This document shows positions 47,184 to 56,613 of a DNA stretch of 64,000 nt, in pieces. The position numbers were made by a program, and so were the translations under genes. Position 1 is the first letter of the stretch. Each line of letters begins with the position of its first letter. Under the pieces are notes generated by a model that did no database searches, was not told the DNA's origin, and saw nothing but the letters and a program-made list of their open reading frames with translations. The DNA is from a virus: the IMG/VR virus record IMGVR_UViG_3300027762_000003, positions 16,028 through 80,027 of that record; one strand, 5' to 3'.

Positions 47184-47457
47184 AGTATTTTTAGGGTTTC
47201 AATCTCTGATATTGAATTATCTATTAGAAATCGCCGGTTGATCTCACCAGCAAATTGTGGCTGCCAAGACTGCACCACCATACCCCCCGAAACCGGGGAA
47301 CATCCGAGGACGTTAGAATTATTATAACAGCAAAACAAAGACAATTAGAGTCAACGATTGCCCCACCCCCACCCGCATTTCTACGAGTGGGGGTGGGGCA
47401 ACAGAAAGCCCGGTTAACCACCGGGCTTTGGGCATATTTAATATTCGATTTATTGCA

Positions 47458-47679
47458 TTACATCCAAGGGCATCCAGAATATCCGTGCCTATAGATTACC
47501 CAATCAATGGATTTCTTCAAATCCTCTCCTTCATCAAGGATATTCTTCATGTCGTCATAAAACAGCCAGTCTTGGGTGTAAATTCTCCACCCATCCTCTC
47601 CTTCATTCCGATTCCGAACTGCTACGGTGCTTTCAGTGAATCGGACTTCGTGGGTTGTTCCAGTGAATAACGAGTTCAT
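47458..47679 (-). CDS. Small hypothetical protein
   Basis: MNSLFTG...; start region carries an 11-bp tandem duplication ATGAACTCGTT. Confidence 0.45.
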   Translation of the reverse strand: MNSLFTGTTHEVRFTESTVAVRNRNEGEDGWRIYTQDWLFYDDMKNILDEGEDLKKSIDWVIYRHGYSGCPWM

Positions 47680-47790
47680 AACGAGTTCATATTGGTTTCC
47701 TTTTTGCGATTGAAAGAAAACCCGGCGGTTAACCGGGCTGTGGGGTGGGGTCATATTGGTCTCCTTGTTTTTTGTTTTGTGTATATTACT

Positions 47791-47819
47791 ATAATAACTG
47801 AACGTTCAGCTAATGTCAA
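47791..47819 (-). promoter_or_regulatory. Sigma70-type promoter (phage promoter family)
   Basis: TTGACA-N17-TATTAT. Confidence 0.7.
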
Positions 47820-47888
47820 TTGATTTAGGGAAAAAACTTTTCTAGATCCTTCAAGCCCTTATAGTTGCCACACTTTAGGTGATCGCCC

Positions 47889-48010
47889 TATAATAGATTC
47901 AACTCAGCCACTGGTGGCATTCAGTCGCGTGCTGGCACGTACGACTGATTGGAGAGCAGGGAATAGCTCAGAGAGCTGTGGAGGCCCTGCGATCTTGAAC
48001 TTCAATAAAG
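47889..48010 (+). promoter_or_regulatory. -10 box and three-hairpin 5' leader of the capsid operon
   Basis: TATAAT at 47889; stems at 47907-47918, 47921-47948 and 47956-47990. Confidence 0.5.
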
Positions 48011-48406
48011 ATGAAAGTTTCTTTTATTTCCAATACGATTACCCCTGCGGCTTGGGCGGCAGATGGTAGAGGGAAGGATCAACTTCTCCCCTTTGCCGGA
48101 ATCGCTGTACCCGCAGGATTTACCCCATTACCCGATGGTCGGGTTTTTATCCCCGCCGGTACATTGGTAGGGCGTACTTTTGCAGAGAGAACTGCCGGTA
48201 TTGGCTTTGGGCCGGGAGATCCTGCTGACAATGAGCTGTTCCTTACGGTTTTTGACTGCTACGATGCACTCCAAGATCCGGAGCTGACCTTCTACCGTCC
48301 TGGTAAAGTCGTCAAACAAAACTTTTTGCCCAATTGGGCAACCTTGGCGGCTGGTGTGCGAACCAAAATCCAGGAACTCTATGTATGTATCGAGGGGGTA
48401 GCGTAA
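48011..48406 (+). CDS. Head decoration protein-like
   Basis: 131 aa, IPAGTLVGR motif, directly upstream of the capsid gene. Confidence 0.65.
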   Translation: MKVSFISNTITPAAWAADGRGKDQLLPFAGIAVPAGFTPLPDGRVFIPAGTLVGRTFAERTAGIGFGPGDPADNELFLTVFDCYDALQDPELTFYRPGKVVKQNFLPNWATLAAGVRTKIQELYVCIEGVA

Positions 48407-48407
48407 G

Positions 48408-49493
48408 ATGCCAGATATCGGAACTCTTATCCGAGTGGCTATGGAAGATGGAAGCTTCCAGCGTTTAGCCAACTCACCCCAAACCCAATTCGGACAAGGT
48501 AGCCGACGCTATATCGGTGCAGAACTTTTACCAGAGCGCACCGTAGAGAGCAATATGTTCCGTGAGGATATGTTCCGGCTACGGACAATCGCCGCCTCCG
48601 ACGGTGGACGCTACAACCCCACTCAGCTTAAGTCTGGGGATAGCTTCCAATCCGTTCTGGTTGAATGTGGCGATGTCGATATCCGCAGGGAATTGACCGC
48701 CCGTGAATATGATGCCCTTCTGCAATTACTCAGAAGAGGCTCAGACATAGCAGCGATGACTCAACTAATCGGATGGGTTGACACTACTTTAGTTCGAGCC
48801 ATCATCGAGAAAGCCGAAATCGAGCGCTGGCAATCAATCTGCAATGCTGAGATTGTGCGGATGGGTGATAACGGGATGACTCAGACGGTGGCGTTTGAGA
48901 ACCCAACTGGCCACCGTGTAACCCCTGTGAATGCCTGGTCTGACCCCACCACGGATATCTTTTTAGATATTCACACAATGGTAGACCTACTGATTTCAAA
49001 GGGATTCAACGTATCTCGGATCATCACATCTCAGAATGTTGTATCGATGATGTCAAGAAACGACACCGTCAAAGGCAACGTGATTGCTGAATCAATGATC
49101 TCAACCGGACGCGCCACCCTGCAAGCCATTAACGCTGCACTGGAGTCCGATGGTCTGCCCCCCATCGAGCGCTATGACTTGCAGTACAGAGTCCCAAGCC
49201 CCAACGGGAGTGCGGCTTCTGCTCGGTTTTTCCCTAATGATGCGTTTGTCTTGATTGGTGACACCAACGAAGGTTCCATTATTGACCTAGGTGACGATTC
49301 CCCAATGCAGTTTGAGAACGTTCTAGGTTATTACGCCGTGGGAACTGTGACCGGGATGGGTACACCTGGACGTAAAGTTCACGTGGAGAACTTTGAATCA
49401 CGTCCTCCCCGGATTGAAGGCGAGGCTTATCAGTCGGGTGTGCCTGTGGTGACCTATCCGGAGGCGATCGCCGTTTTACAGGGGATTGCCTAA
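48408..49493 (+). CDS. Major capsid protein (HK97 fold, lambda gpE-like)
   Basis: 361 aa; E..RWQ.I..A, W..PT.D...DI, PPR...EA....VPV...PEAIAV. Confidence 0.85.
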   Translation: MPDIGTLIRVAMEDGSFQRLANSPQTQFGQGSRRYIGAELLPERTVESNMFREDMFRLRTIAASDGGRYNPTQLKSGDSFQSVLVECGDVDIRRELTAREYDALLQLLRRGSDIAAMTQLIGWVDTTLVRAIIEKAEIERWQSICNAEIVRMGDNGMTQTVAFENPTGHRVTPVNAWSDPTTDIFLDIHTMVDLLISKGFNVSRIITSQNVVSMMSRNDTVKGNVIAESMISTGRATLQAINAALESDGLPPIERYDLQYRVPSPNGSAASARFFPNDAFVLIGDTNEGSIIDLGDDSPMQFENVLGYYAVGTVTGMGTPGRKVHVENFESRPPRIEGEAYQSGVPVVTYPEAIAVLQGIA

Positions 49494-49735
49494 TGCTGGA
49501 CATCAAACTCACTAGAGATGTGGTGATGGGCGGGAAGATTCACACTAAAGGCTCGGTGATTACTGTCTCCAAATCCTTGAAATATGAAAGCTTTGGAGAG
49601 CTTTTTTCACAACCTAAAAAGAGCGAAGAACCCGCACCGGAATCTAAGTCCGACCCCAAGCGATCTCGCACCAAGCCCGAAGCGAAACCTGAGCCAGAGG
49701 TAACAGAAAACGATGGCACTGGAAATAACCCTTAG
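49493..49735 (+). CDS. Small head-associated protein
   Basis: Coupled to the capsid gene; short beta domain and Pro/Glu/Lys-rich tail. Confidence 0.55.
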   Translation: MLDIKLTRDVVMGGKIHTKGSVITVSKSLKYESFGELFSQPKKSEEPAPESKSDPKRSRTKPEAKPEPEVTENDGTGNNP

Positions 49736-50075
49736 ATACCAACTTCAAATCCTTTTCAACTTTGGGAATGACCGCCTTCCTGAGCTTCAAAAAGCGTTAG
49801 AGAATGTGCGATCGCCTGAAGTTGAGGAGATGGTACGTGATCGCCTGAAACGTGCAATGAATCTCATGACCACCATTGAACAGGAACGCTCTAGCGCCAA
49901 CTTTGCATTAAGCAAAGCTGACGTTTTGGAATGGGATTCACGGGAGCGATCACGGGGGATGTTAATTCAGAAATCTCAACTCAAAAAAGAGATTGCCAAT
50001 CTGTTAGGAATTCGTAATTGGGAAATCTCTTACTCCGTTGGTTCAACGTCCATTCCTATTAGGCGAATTTTATGA
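49713..50075 (+). CDS. Putative head-tail adaptor
   Basis: Helical 120 aa, KADVLEWD; assigned by position. Confidence 0.5.
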   Translation: MALEITLRYQLQILFNFGNDRLPELQKALENVRSPEVEEMVRDRLKRAMNLMTTIEQERSSANFALSKADVLEWDSRERSRGMLIQKSQLKKEIANLLGIRNWEISYSVGSTSIPIRRIL

Positions 50076-50623
50076 ACGCGCTTAACTTTATCTCAGCACC
50101 TGAGATCACTAAAGTCCATGTGGTTTTATCTGACAAGATGACTCCGATAAGCGCTTACCTTGACCCCAAGAAAGCGCAAGAAGCAAGACACGGAAGTCTT
50201 CCGTACCCTGTTCCCCTTGAGGATTTTGATATAACTTCTCCTGAATTTTGGCAAATCCTACTAGGGGAAATTCCAGAAATTCAAGATGCGATCGCCGAAG
50301 GGTACTCCATTTTTGACCGACTTAAAAACGGGAAATGGGAGGATATCAACCTCGACTCAATTCCTGAGCGCTGCTCAATTTATGTGGTCTGTGATCGCGC
50401 TGATCACCCGTTGAAGGCTTTTATCTCGCAGTCGGAAGCCTATCGACTAATTGACCGCAATCCTGAATTCACGGCGTACACAGTTCTGCTAGAAGATTTC
50501 GATTACTGGTCACCATCTTTTTACGGAACTTTGATTAATGAATCTCAAAAACTCCAAGAAACTGTAACTAAAGGCTTTGAATTCTTGGACAATTTCAACC
50601 CCTTTTCTAGGAGGGATAAATGA
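50072..50623 (+). CDS. Hypothetical protein made of two tandem homologous domains
   Basis: VV...P..A...LEDFD..SP.F...L..E....Q.....G....D occurs twice. Confidence 0.6.
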   Translation: MNALNFISAPEITKVHVVLSDKMTPISAYLDPKKAQEARHGSLPYPVPLEDFDITSPEFWQILLGEIPEIQDAIAEGYSIFDRLKNGKWEDINLDSIPERCSIYVVCDRADHPLKAFISQSEAYRLIDRNPEFTAYTVLLEDFDYWSPSFYGTLINESQKLQETVTKGFEFLDNFNPFSRRDK

Positions 50624-51420
50624 CCGGAAGCACGTACCATCTAAGAAACCGAATCTTAGATCATCTCTTTGGGGGCGTACCCTTCTCCCCCATCACTACC
50701 CTGTATTTCGGCTACATGACCGGATCACCCTCTCCTGCTGGGCCAGGTTCTGAACCCGCCGGTGGAGGATATGCCAGGGTTGGGGTTGTGAATAACACTA
50801 CCGCATTTCCCACGACAGCAACCAAGATCAAAACCCTGGCGACGGAGATTGTTTTCCCAAAGGCATCGACAAACCAGGGAAGCATCGTAGCGGTAGGGGT
50901 TTGGGATTCTCCTGGTTCAGGGAATCTCCTGTACTGGTGGGATTTACCATCCCCTAAAGTCATTGATGCCAATATGAAGATGACCATCCCGGCGGGCGCT
51001 CTAGAATTGAGCATCCCGACGACCGGAGGTTTATCTGCTTACGTCAAGAACAAGCTACTAAACCATGTATTCGGTGGGGTGTTGTTTAACACAATTCCCT
51101 TGATGTATGCCGGATACATGACTACAGCACCAACCGAAACCACAGCCGGAACCGAACCAGGGACGGCAGGTTACAGCCGGGTGAGTTTCAACAACACTTT
51201 ATCTATGTTCCCGGCTGGCTCTATCGGTGTGAAACGTAACGCTCTACGGGTTAATTTCCCTGAATCTTCAGGTGACCAAGGAACCGTTACCCACGTCGGT
51301 TTCTGGGATGCGATGACCGGTGGTAACTTCCTGGCTTACTACCCAGTGACCGCCAAGAATATCATCGCTCTTGATGTTCCCCAAATCGATGCTGATACCG
51401 TGACGTTCACGATCGCCTAG
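50620..51420 (+). CDS. Virion structural protein with a duplicated domain
   Basis: Two copies of Y..N..L.H.FGG...EP...GY.RV...F P......G.....G.WD....GN.L. Confidence 0.7.
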   Translation: MTGSTYHLRNRILDHLFGGVPFSPITTLYFGYMTGSPSPAGPGSEPAGGGYARVGVVNNTTAFPTTATKIKTLATEIVFPKASTNQGSIVAVGVWDSPGSGNLLYWWDLPSPKVIDANMKMTIPAGALELSIPTTGGLSAYVKNKLLNHVFGGVLFNTIPLMYAGYMTTAPTETTAGTEPGTAGYSRVSFNNTLSMFPAGSIGVKRNALRVNFPESSGDQGTVTHVGFWDAMTGGNFLAYYPVTAKNIIALDVPQIDADTVTFTIA

Positions 51421-51430
51421 GAGGTGACCT

Positions 51431-52120
51431 ATGCCTTTAGCGATTTTTGAACCGACCGCTGGCATTCTGGAGACGTTCGATGGGCAGATGCTTCTCGATG
51501 CCAAGCGTCACATCATTTTTGATAACGCTTTGATCCATGAGGAGTTCTCTCGCTCGACCGCTATCCCAGAATTTGAGCGACTTGTCGAATACTTGTCTGG
51601 CCAAATTGTCGGGCTAATTGAGGGTGTCCTTAAGCGGGCGCGGCGTTTACCTGGTGAAATCATTGAGACGTTCTATGGGAAGGTTTCGGTCTTCATCGAT
51701 GCGACAATCACAGCCACCCCGACCGCAAGACTGTACTTATACCAAGCTGAGTGTCCCGAATTTACCGAGGATAACTTAGCGGGGCATAGCTTCACCCGGA
51801 CGGACTACTTGGCGATCGGGTTCAAGTGTTGTGGGGACAAAATGGCAGGATTGCGACCCTATTTCCAAGCTGGGTTAACAACGGGTGGGGTCTTGATTAA
51901 TAAAGGGCCGTCCAATATGACGATCAATCCCATCTTCTCAGCCTCTGCCAATGAGGAACACCTAACTGGGATGTTCTCGATCACGGAAGTTGATACCGCG
52001 CCCTTGCCGGCTGATACCCAAAGCGAGTTAATTTACCGATTCTGGCTATCTGATGGGGTGGGTAGGAATTACACCCTAGAGGAGGGTTCACTCACTATTA
52101 CCCCAATTAATGTGAGGTAG
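51431..52120 (+). CDS. Structural-operon protein (BppU-like C-terminus)
   Basis: Ends YRFWLSDG.G..YTLEEGSLTITP; GGAGG RBS. Confidence 0.5.
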   Translation: MPLAIFEPTAGILETFDGQMLLDAKRHIIFDNALIHEEFSRSTAIPEFERLVEYLSGQIVGLIEGVLKRARRLPGEIIETFYGKVSVFIDATITATPTARLYLYQAECPEFTEDNLAGHSFTRTDYLAIGFKCCGDKMAGLRPYFQAGLTTGGVLINKGPSNMTINPIFSASANEEHLTGMFSITEVDTAPLPADTQSELIYRFWLSDGVGRNYTLEEGSLTITPINVR

Positions 52121-52124
52121 CGCC

Positions 52125-52511
52125 ATGTCCACTAGCCCGTTCGCATCCCTGGAAAATGCCACCCTCACATTTAAGTTATCTGCTCAAGCTATGGAGGTTG
52201 ATGAGTGGGGGAATCGTTTACCAGTACAGGAGGATCTCGTGATTCGGTGCTGGCTCAAGGAGGACAATCCGTCTCCTGGGATGTTGGAGATCGATGAAGA
52301 TATGTACCCCGGTGTTTCTGATAGTTTCCAGAATGTCAAAGGATATTGCATTGAGCCTCAATTCTTGCCGGATTCGGTTACTCATCTCTCAGAGGCGATC
52401 GCCGTAATTAGCGGGCAAGTGGGACGCTTTGTTTTGCGTAGGGGGATCGACGGTATGGCGACATACATCACTGGGTCTCCGATTAGGGGGGTATTCAGGA
52501 GGACAGTATGA
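52125..52511 (+). CDS. Putative head-closure (stopper) protein
   Basis: VDEWGN motif; size and position. Confidence 0.55.
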   Translation: MSTSPFASLENATLTFKLSAQAMEVDEWGNRLPVQEDLVIRCWLKEDNPSPGMLEIDEDMYPGVSDSFQNVKGYCIEPQFLPDSVTHLSEAIAVISGQVGRFVLRRGIDGMATYITGSPIRGVFRRTV

Positions 52512-52927
52512 ATCATGAATCGATTAAGCAATTGCGCTCCAGTATCGAGTCCGCATTGGTGGACAAGTTGGGGCTTTATACTTTTTCTAACGGGATCAAG
52601 GAGAGGGCGATCGCTGTCGATTTAGGAAACTATCCTCCACAAAATACCAAAATTGAAGGACTAGAAGTCGTTATTACTCCATATAAAGAAATCAATTCAA
52701 CAGGGTTACTTAATGATTTCTCTGATTTTGAGTTTTATCACGAGATCCTTCTCAAGCAATGGAGTTCAACTCCATCAACTGATTTGATTGACTCAATTTT
52801 GATTATCCGAACATTATTTGGAAGTCGCGTCCAGGTAGGTGTTAGGGTCTTGCGCCTAGACGATATATCAACAATTGAGTCATGCCCACTCATGTATTTA
52901 GAAAGGAAGAGTTTACGTCATGGGTAG
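52508..52927 (+). CDS. Putative tail terminator
   Basis: 139 aa, directly upstream of the major tail gene. Confidence 0.5.
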   Translation: MNHESIKQLRSSIESALVDKLGLYTFSNGIKERAIAVDLGNYPPQNTKIEGLEVVITPYKEINSTGLLNDFSDFEFYHEILLKQWSSTPSTDLIDSILIIRTLFGSRVQVGVRVLRLDDISTIESCPLMYLERKSLRHG

Positions 52928-53630
52928 TATTAGAAGAACTCGGTTTCCTCAGCAGGGGGATAAAACCTGGATTCGAGTCCAGCGTAGCCTTATTGCTCCT
53001 GTTACAGATACTTCAGGTGTGTTAACTTTGAACACCCAAAGTATCACTCTGGGGACAGCCGCTACGGCTGGCGCGGTTAGTTTAACTGTTACCGCGCTCA
53101 CTTATCCAGTTTATAAGGATAACTTCATCCTATTTACTGATGAATATGATTTAGAATATCTTGTCGAGCTGACGGACGATGCCGATGCGGGTGCGACGGC
53201 TTTAGATATTGCACCTCTAGCACAAGGCATCCCCGCCGCATCGGTAGCTGATTGGCCGCCGGAGTTCCTAGACCGGACAGATTCTACTTGGGACTCCTCA
53301 GCATCGACAGACGACTTTACAACCTACAACACGGGCGGTTACCAGATGTCGATGGTCACAACCATTGCAGAGACTTGGACGCTCCCTGGCTATCACACAG
53401 AGAAAAACGCCGGGCTGAAAACCATCGATAAAGCCTACCGGGATAAAGCTGAATTTTGGCTGATCTTCCAGTACCCTCCCTTCCCGACCTATGCCGAAGG
53501 TGAGGTCAGAGTCGGGCGGGCTGTCTGCACAAGTGCGTCAACTGCTGCACCTGCTGACGGAAGGATCGATGCGGAAAGAAGCGGTAATTTCAACGCCGCA
53601 CCTTATCTGATACCTTCTGTGCCAGCCTAG
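52920..53630 (+). CDS. Major tail (tube) protein
   Basis: Thr/Ala-rich; GGY....VTT...TWTLPG, A.C.S.S..APADG....., F...P tail-tube pattern. Confidence 0.7.
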   Translation: MGSIRRTRFPQQGDKTWIRVQRSLIAPVTDTSGVLTLNTQSITLGTAATAGAVSLTVTALTYPVYKDNFILFTDEYDLEYLVELTDDADAGATALDIAPLAQGIPAASVADWPPEFLDRTDSTWDSSASTDDFTTYNTGGYQMSMVTTIAETWTLPGYHTEKNAGLKTIDKAYRDKAEFWLIFQYPPFPTYAEGEVRVGRAVCTSASTAAPADGRIDAERSGNFNAAPYLIPSVPA

Positions 53631-53677
53631 TCTAAAGAGACGGGAAGTTGTAAGATCTGGGAAAATAGAGGTAACCT

Positions 53678-54139
53678 ATGTTTATCAAGTTTTTGCCGGC
53701 GCTTCTTCTTCCTGTCGTTTTAGTAGGGTGCGATCGCCAACCACAAAAGCGCGAATTTACTTTTTATTGGGAAACTCCAGGGGTTCCTACTGAAGTTACA
53801 GGAAAATGCTATCCACTAGATGATAAAGCGGTTCCCCCTTTTATTGTCGTTGAGATGCCAGAATTAAATAGGGAGTGGGACAGGGAAAAAGCGAGTGAAG
53901 CGGGAACACTAAGCATGAATCCAGTAGACGTTATTGGAATAAACAAAGGTGGATATGGAACAGTTACAGGGGATATATCTGAAGAGATAGTTAAATGCGT
54001 TTACGAATACAAAGGGGCATTATTTTTGAATGGCAATGAGTCCAACGTTTATATTTTTTATAATGGGCGGAATGGGGAAGCTATAATGAGGACTACAGGT
54101 AAAGAAGCGATCGAGCTAAATTTTACTTTTGAGTATTAG
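53678..54139 (+). CDS. Lipoprotein
   Basis: MFIKFLPALLLPVVLVGC lipobox. Confidence 0.8.
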   Translation: MFIKFLPALLLPVVLVGCDRQPQKREFTFYWETPGVPTEVTGKCYPLDDKAVPPFIVVEMPELNREWDREKASEAGTLSMNPVDVIGINKGGYGTVTGDISEEIVKCVYEYKGALFLNGNESNVYIFYNGRNGEAIMRTTGKEAIELNFTFEY

Positions 54140-54141
54140 CT

Positions 54142-56613
54142 GTGGATGTAGTCAGGATAGTAGGTAAGCGAAATAAGTCGATCCAGTCCAGTGAGGAGAA
54201 TGCGCTATCTAGTATCCTGTCAGGAGAGAAGAAGCAATATTCCCAGGTTGAGAGATCTATAGTCCGTGAGTATTCGCGGCTTATAGAACAAGAGTCATTT
54301 ACCCCTGACCAAATCGCCACACTTGTTGATAGCCAGTCTAAGTCATTAAGCGTTAAAAGCTCAACCGTTAGAAGTCTTAAGTCCCTATACTCTAAACAGT
54401 CCAATGAAGGGTTTGTACTGAGTCGGGAATTGATGGATCGGCGATCGCCGCAAGAGAAATACAAAAGCCCTAAATCTGACTTTGTGCAAGAGGCGATTGA
54501 TGACACTAAGTCCAGGTTAGGCGATCGTCAAAGGGACTTTTCTAATAGGAATAAAGCTATCCTGACTGAGGCTGCGCGTAGAGGGTGGGGTAGCGACAAA
54601 TTAAGGAGATCGCTACGTCGGAATTATCAGTCCTACGAAAGTAATGTTAAGAGGATTTTACAAACTGAATCGATTAAGTCCGTAAATCAATCCCTACTTA
54701 ATCAATACAAAGCCAATGGGGTGGAGTATGTCCAAAGAATATCCCAAGAAGATGACAGAGTATGCGCTTTTTGTGCGGAAAGGGCGGGCAAAGTTTACCC
54801 AATAGATAAAGCCCCGACTGTAATCCACCCTAATGATCGCTGCTACAACATGCCCTGGTCTGTGGCTTCTTACATGGAGGGGATGACCGAAGATGAAGTC
54901 ATGGAGGAACATCTGTCCGATGTATCCGCTAGGGCATCGGGACGATCCATTGAACTAACTCCATTTGAGAAGCAAGCGGGAATCCTTGAATCGGATATCT
55001 CAAGTCCTATTGATTTGTACCTAGAGGGTATTGACTCTATCCCGATTGAGGAGAGGATTAACTACGATCGACAGCTCGTTGAAAGGCTTCGAGATTACAG
55101 AATCCCCGGAGAAATGGGGGAGGCTCCTTTCTATCGTCAAGTCTGGTCTTTTGTCCAAGGTGCGTTATTAACCGGGTTGACTCTTGGTGCTTATGCGGTC
55201 GTCCGGCAAAGGTATAGAGCCAGGATTCCACTTAGCGCACTAGAGGCTTCAACCCTTGCAAGCTCTAAGGATTTCAACTATTTGACAGCTTCTTATTTGC
55301 ATCAAAGTAGGGGAGAAAAGACCGTCCTGAACGAGACGGAAGAAGAGCTTGCCAGGAGAGAACGAGATTACCAGAAAGCCCAAAATATAGAGAGTGCTGA
55401 AAGAGTCGTGTTTATAGCTGGGGGGCTGGCGGGGCTGGGTGGATTTAGCTCTCTTGAAGCTAGAGATCAAATCGCGGCGAATATGGGAGAGAATATAACT
55501 TTTATAGATACCCCTAACCCTGACTTTGAGATAAGTATTGGACTAGCTGAGTTACAGCAGAATCTATCTGGGCTTGGCCCATTGGCTGGGACAATAGCCG
55601 GAATCATGACCGCTAAAAATATGGCTCAGATGATGGCGACTAATGCGCTGGTGAATGGCAAAAATCAAACCTCTATTAGAATGGCTGCCCAAGCCCTTAA
55701 TTTTCATAAGCAATACCCGGATAAGCCAATCACCTTAATGGGATTTTCGGGGGGTGGAATCGCTGCAAAGGAGGCGGCTATCATCCTAAATCAACTAGGA
55801 CTAAGGGTTAACGTTATCTCTTCTGGCTCTCCTGATTTTGGTATCTTTCGTGAGTCTGACTTTTATCCTGGGCAGCACACTGGATTTAAGGGCAAAGGAG
55901 ATATTGTCCCCCTTGCTGGAGGCCCACCGATGAATAATATTGAATTAGCGGATGTCCCTAGCCATTCTTACCTGGATTACGCAACTAGCCCCACCTATCA
56001 AAGAATGCTGGCAGATGCCATGGCGAACGGCCGTCCAACTCTTGAGCATGAAAACAATAAGGAAAGCTTTAATCGCTACTGGAGCGAGTGGGCAGAAGTT
56101 AATAAGCAGACCCCCAACTTTGATATCGACACTTCGCTAGAGTCGTCTTTGTCCTCATCTATTGACGCTGCCAGGGATGCGGTAACGGGTATATATGGGG
56201 GCATCTCTGAGTTTATTAAAGGGGTTACAGATCCAAGTAAGATAGATGATGCGTTAAACAGTACCCTTGACCCGGACAAGTCTGCAAAGCGATCGCTTTC
56301 GGTGGCATCTACAGCAATCACGTCTACCCTACTCACTGAGAGGATAGACCCGTTGCAATACAAGTCAACAGAAAAATCTTACCGCATGTCTGTTGATAAC
56401 TTAATCTCAGATGTCTACAGTGACTTCAAAAATGGTGAAGTTCGATCGCCTAAGTCCTATAGGGAGGAGATCTCCAATGGGATTTCACTGACAGATTATC
56501 AGGAACAGAAAATTGAGAAATATATCAGTAATTTAATTTCCCGGTTAAAACACGCTTACGCCACCCCGTTATCTGCCTACCCCTCAGAGATTGCCCTATC
56601 AAGTAGTTTTTGA
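54142..56613 (+). CDS. MuF/SPP1 gp7-like minor head protein fused to an alpha/beta-hydrolase domain
   Basis: RILQTE...DDRVCAFC....GKVY......HPNDRC, a hydrophobic helix, then VFIAGG, LMGFSGGG, SGSP, GDIVP, HSYLDY. Confidence 0.8.
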   Translation: MDVVRIVGKRNKSIQSSEENALSSILSGEKKQYSQVERSIVREYSRLIEQESFTPDQIATLVDSQSKSLSVKSSTVRSLKSLYSKQSNEGFVLSRELMDRRSPQEKYKSPKSDFVQEAIDDTKSRLGDRQRDFSNRNKAILTEAARRGWGSDKLRRSLRRNYQSYESNVKRILQTESIKSVNQSLLNQYKANGVEYVQRISQEDDRVCAFCAERAGKVYPIDKAPTVIHPNDRCYNMPWSVASYMEGMTEDEVMEEHLSDVSARASGRSIELTPFEKQAGILESDISSPIDLYLEGIDSIPIEERINYDRQLVERLRDYRIPGEMGEAPFYRQVWSFVQGALLTGLTLGAYAVVRQRYRARIPLSALEASTLASSKDFNYLTASYLHQSRGEKTVLNETEEELARRERDYQKAQNIESAERVVFIAGGLAGLGGFSSLEARDQIAANMGENITFIDTPNPDFEISIGLAELQQNLSGLGPLAGTIAGIMTAKNMAQMMATNALVNGKNQTSIRMAAQALNFHKQYPDKPITLMGFSGGGIAAKEAAIILNQLGLRVNVISSGSPDFGIFRESDFYPGQHTGFKGKGDIVPLAGGPPMNNIELADVPSHSYLDYATSPTYQRMLADAMANGRPTLEHENNKESFNRYWSEWAEVNKQTPNFDIDTSLESSLSSSIDAARDAVTGIYGGISEFIKGVTDPSKIDDALNSTLDPDKSAKRSLSVASTAITSTLLTERIDPLQYKSTEKSYRMSVDNLISDVYSDFKNGEVRSPKSYREEISNGISLTDYQEQKIEKYISNLISRLKHAYATPLSAYPSEIALSSSF

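Noticed and set aside
47895-48000. tRNA gene
   Set aside because: No T-loop GTTCRA, D-loop or acceptor-stem geometry.
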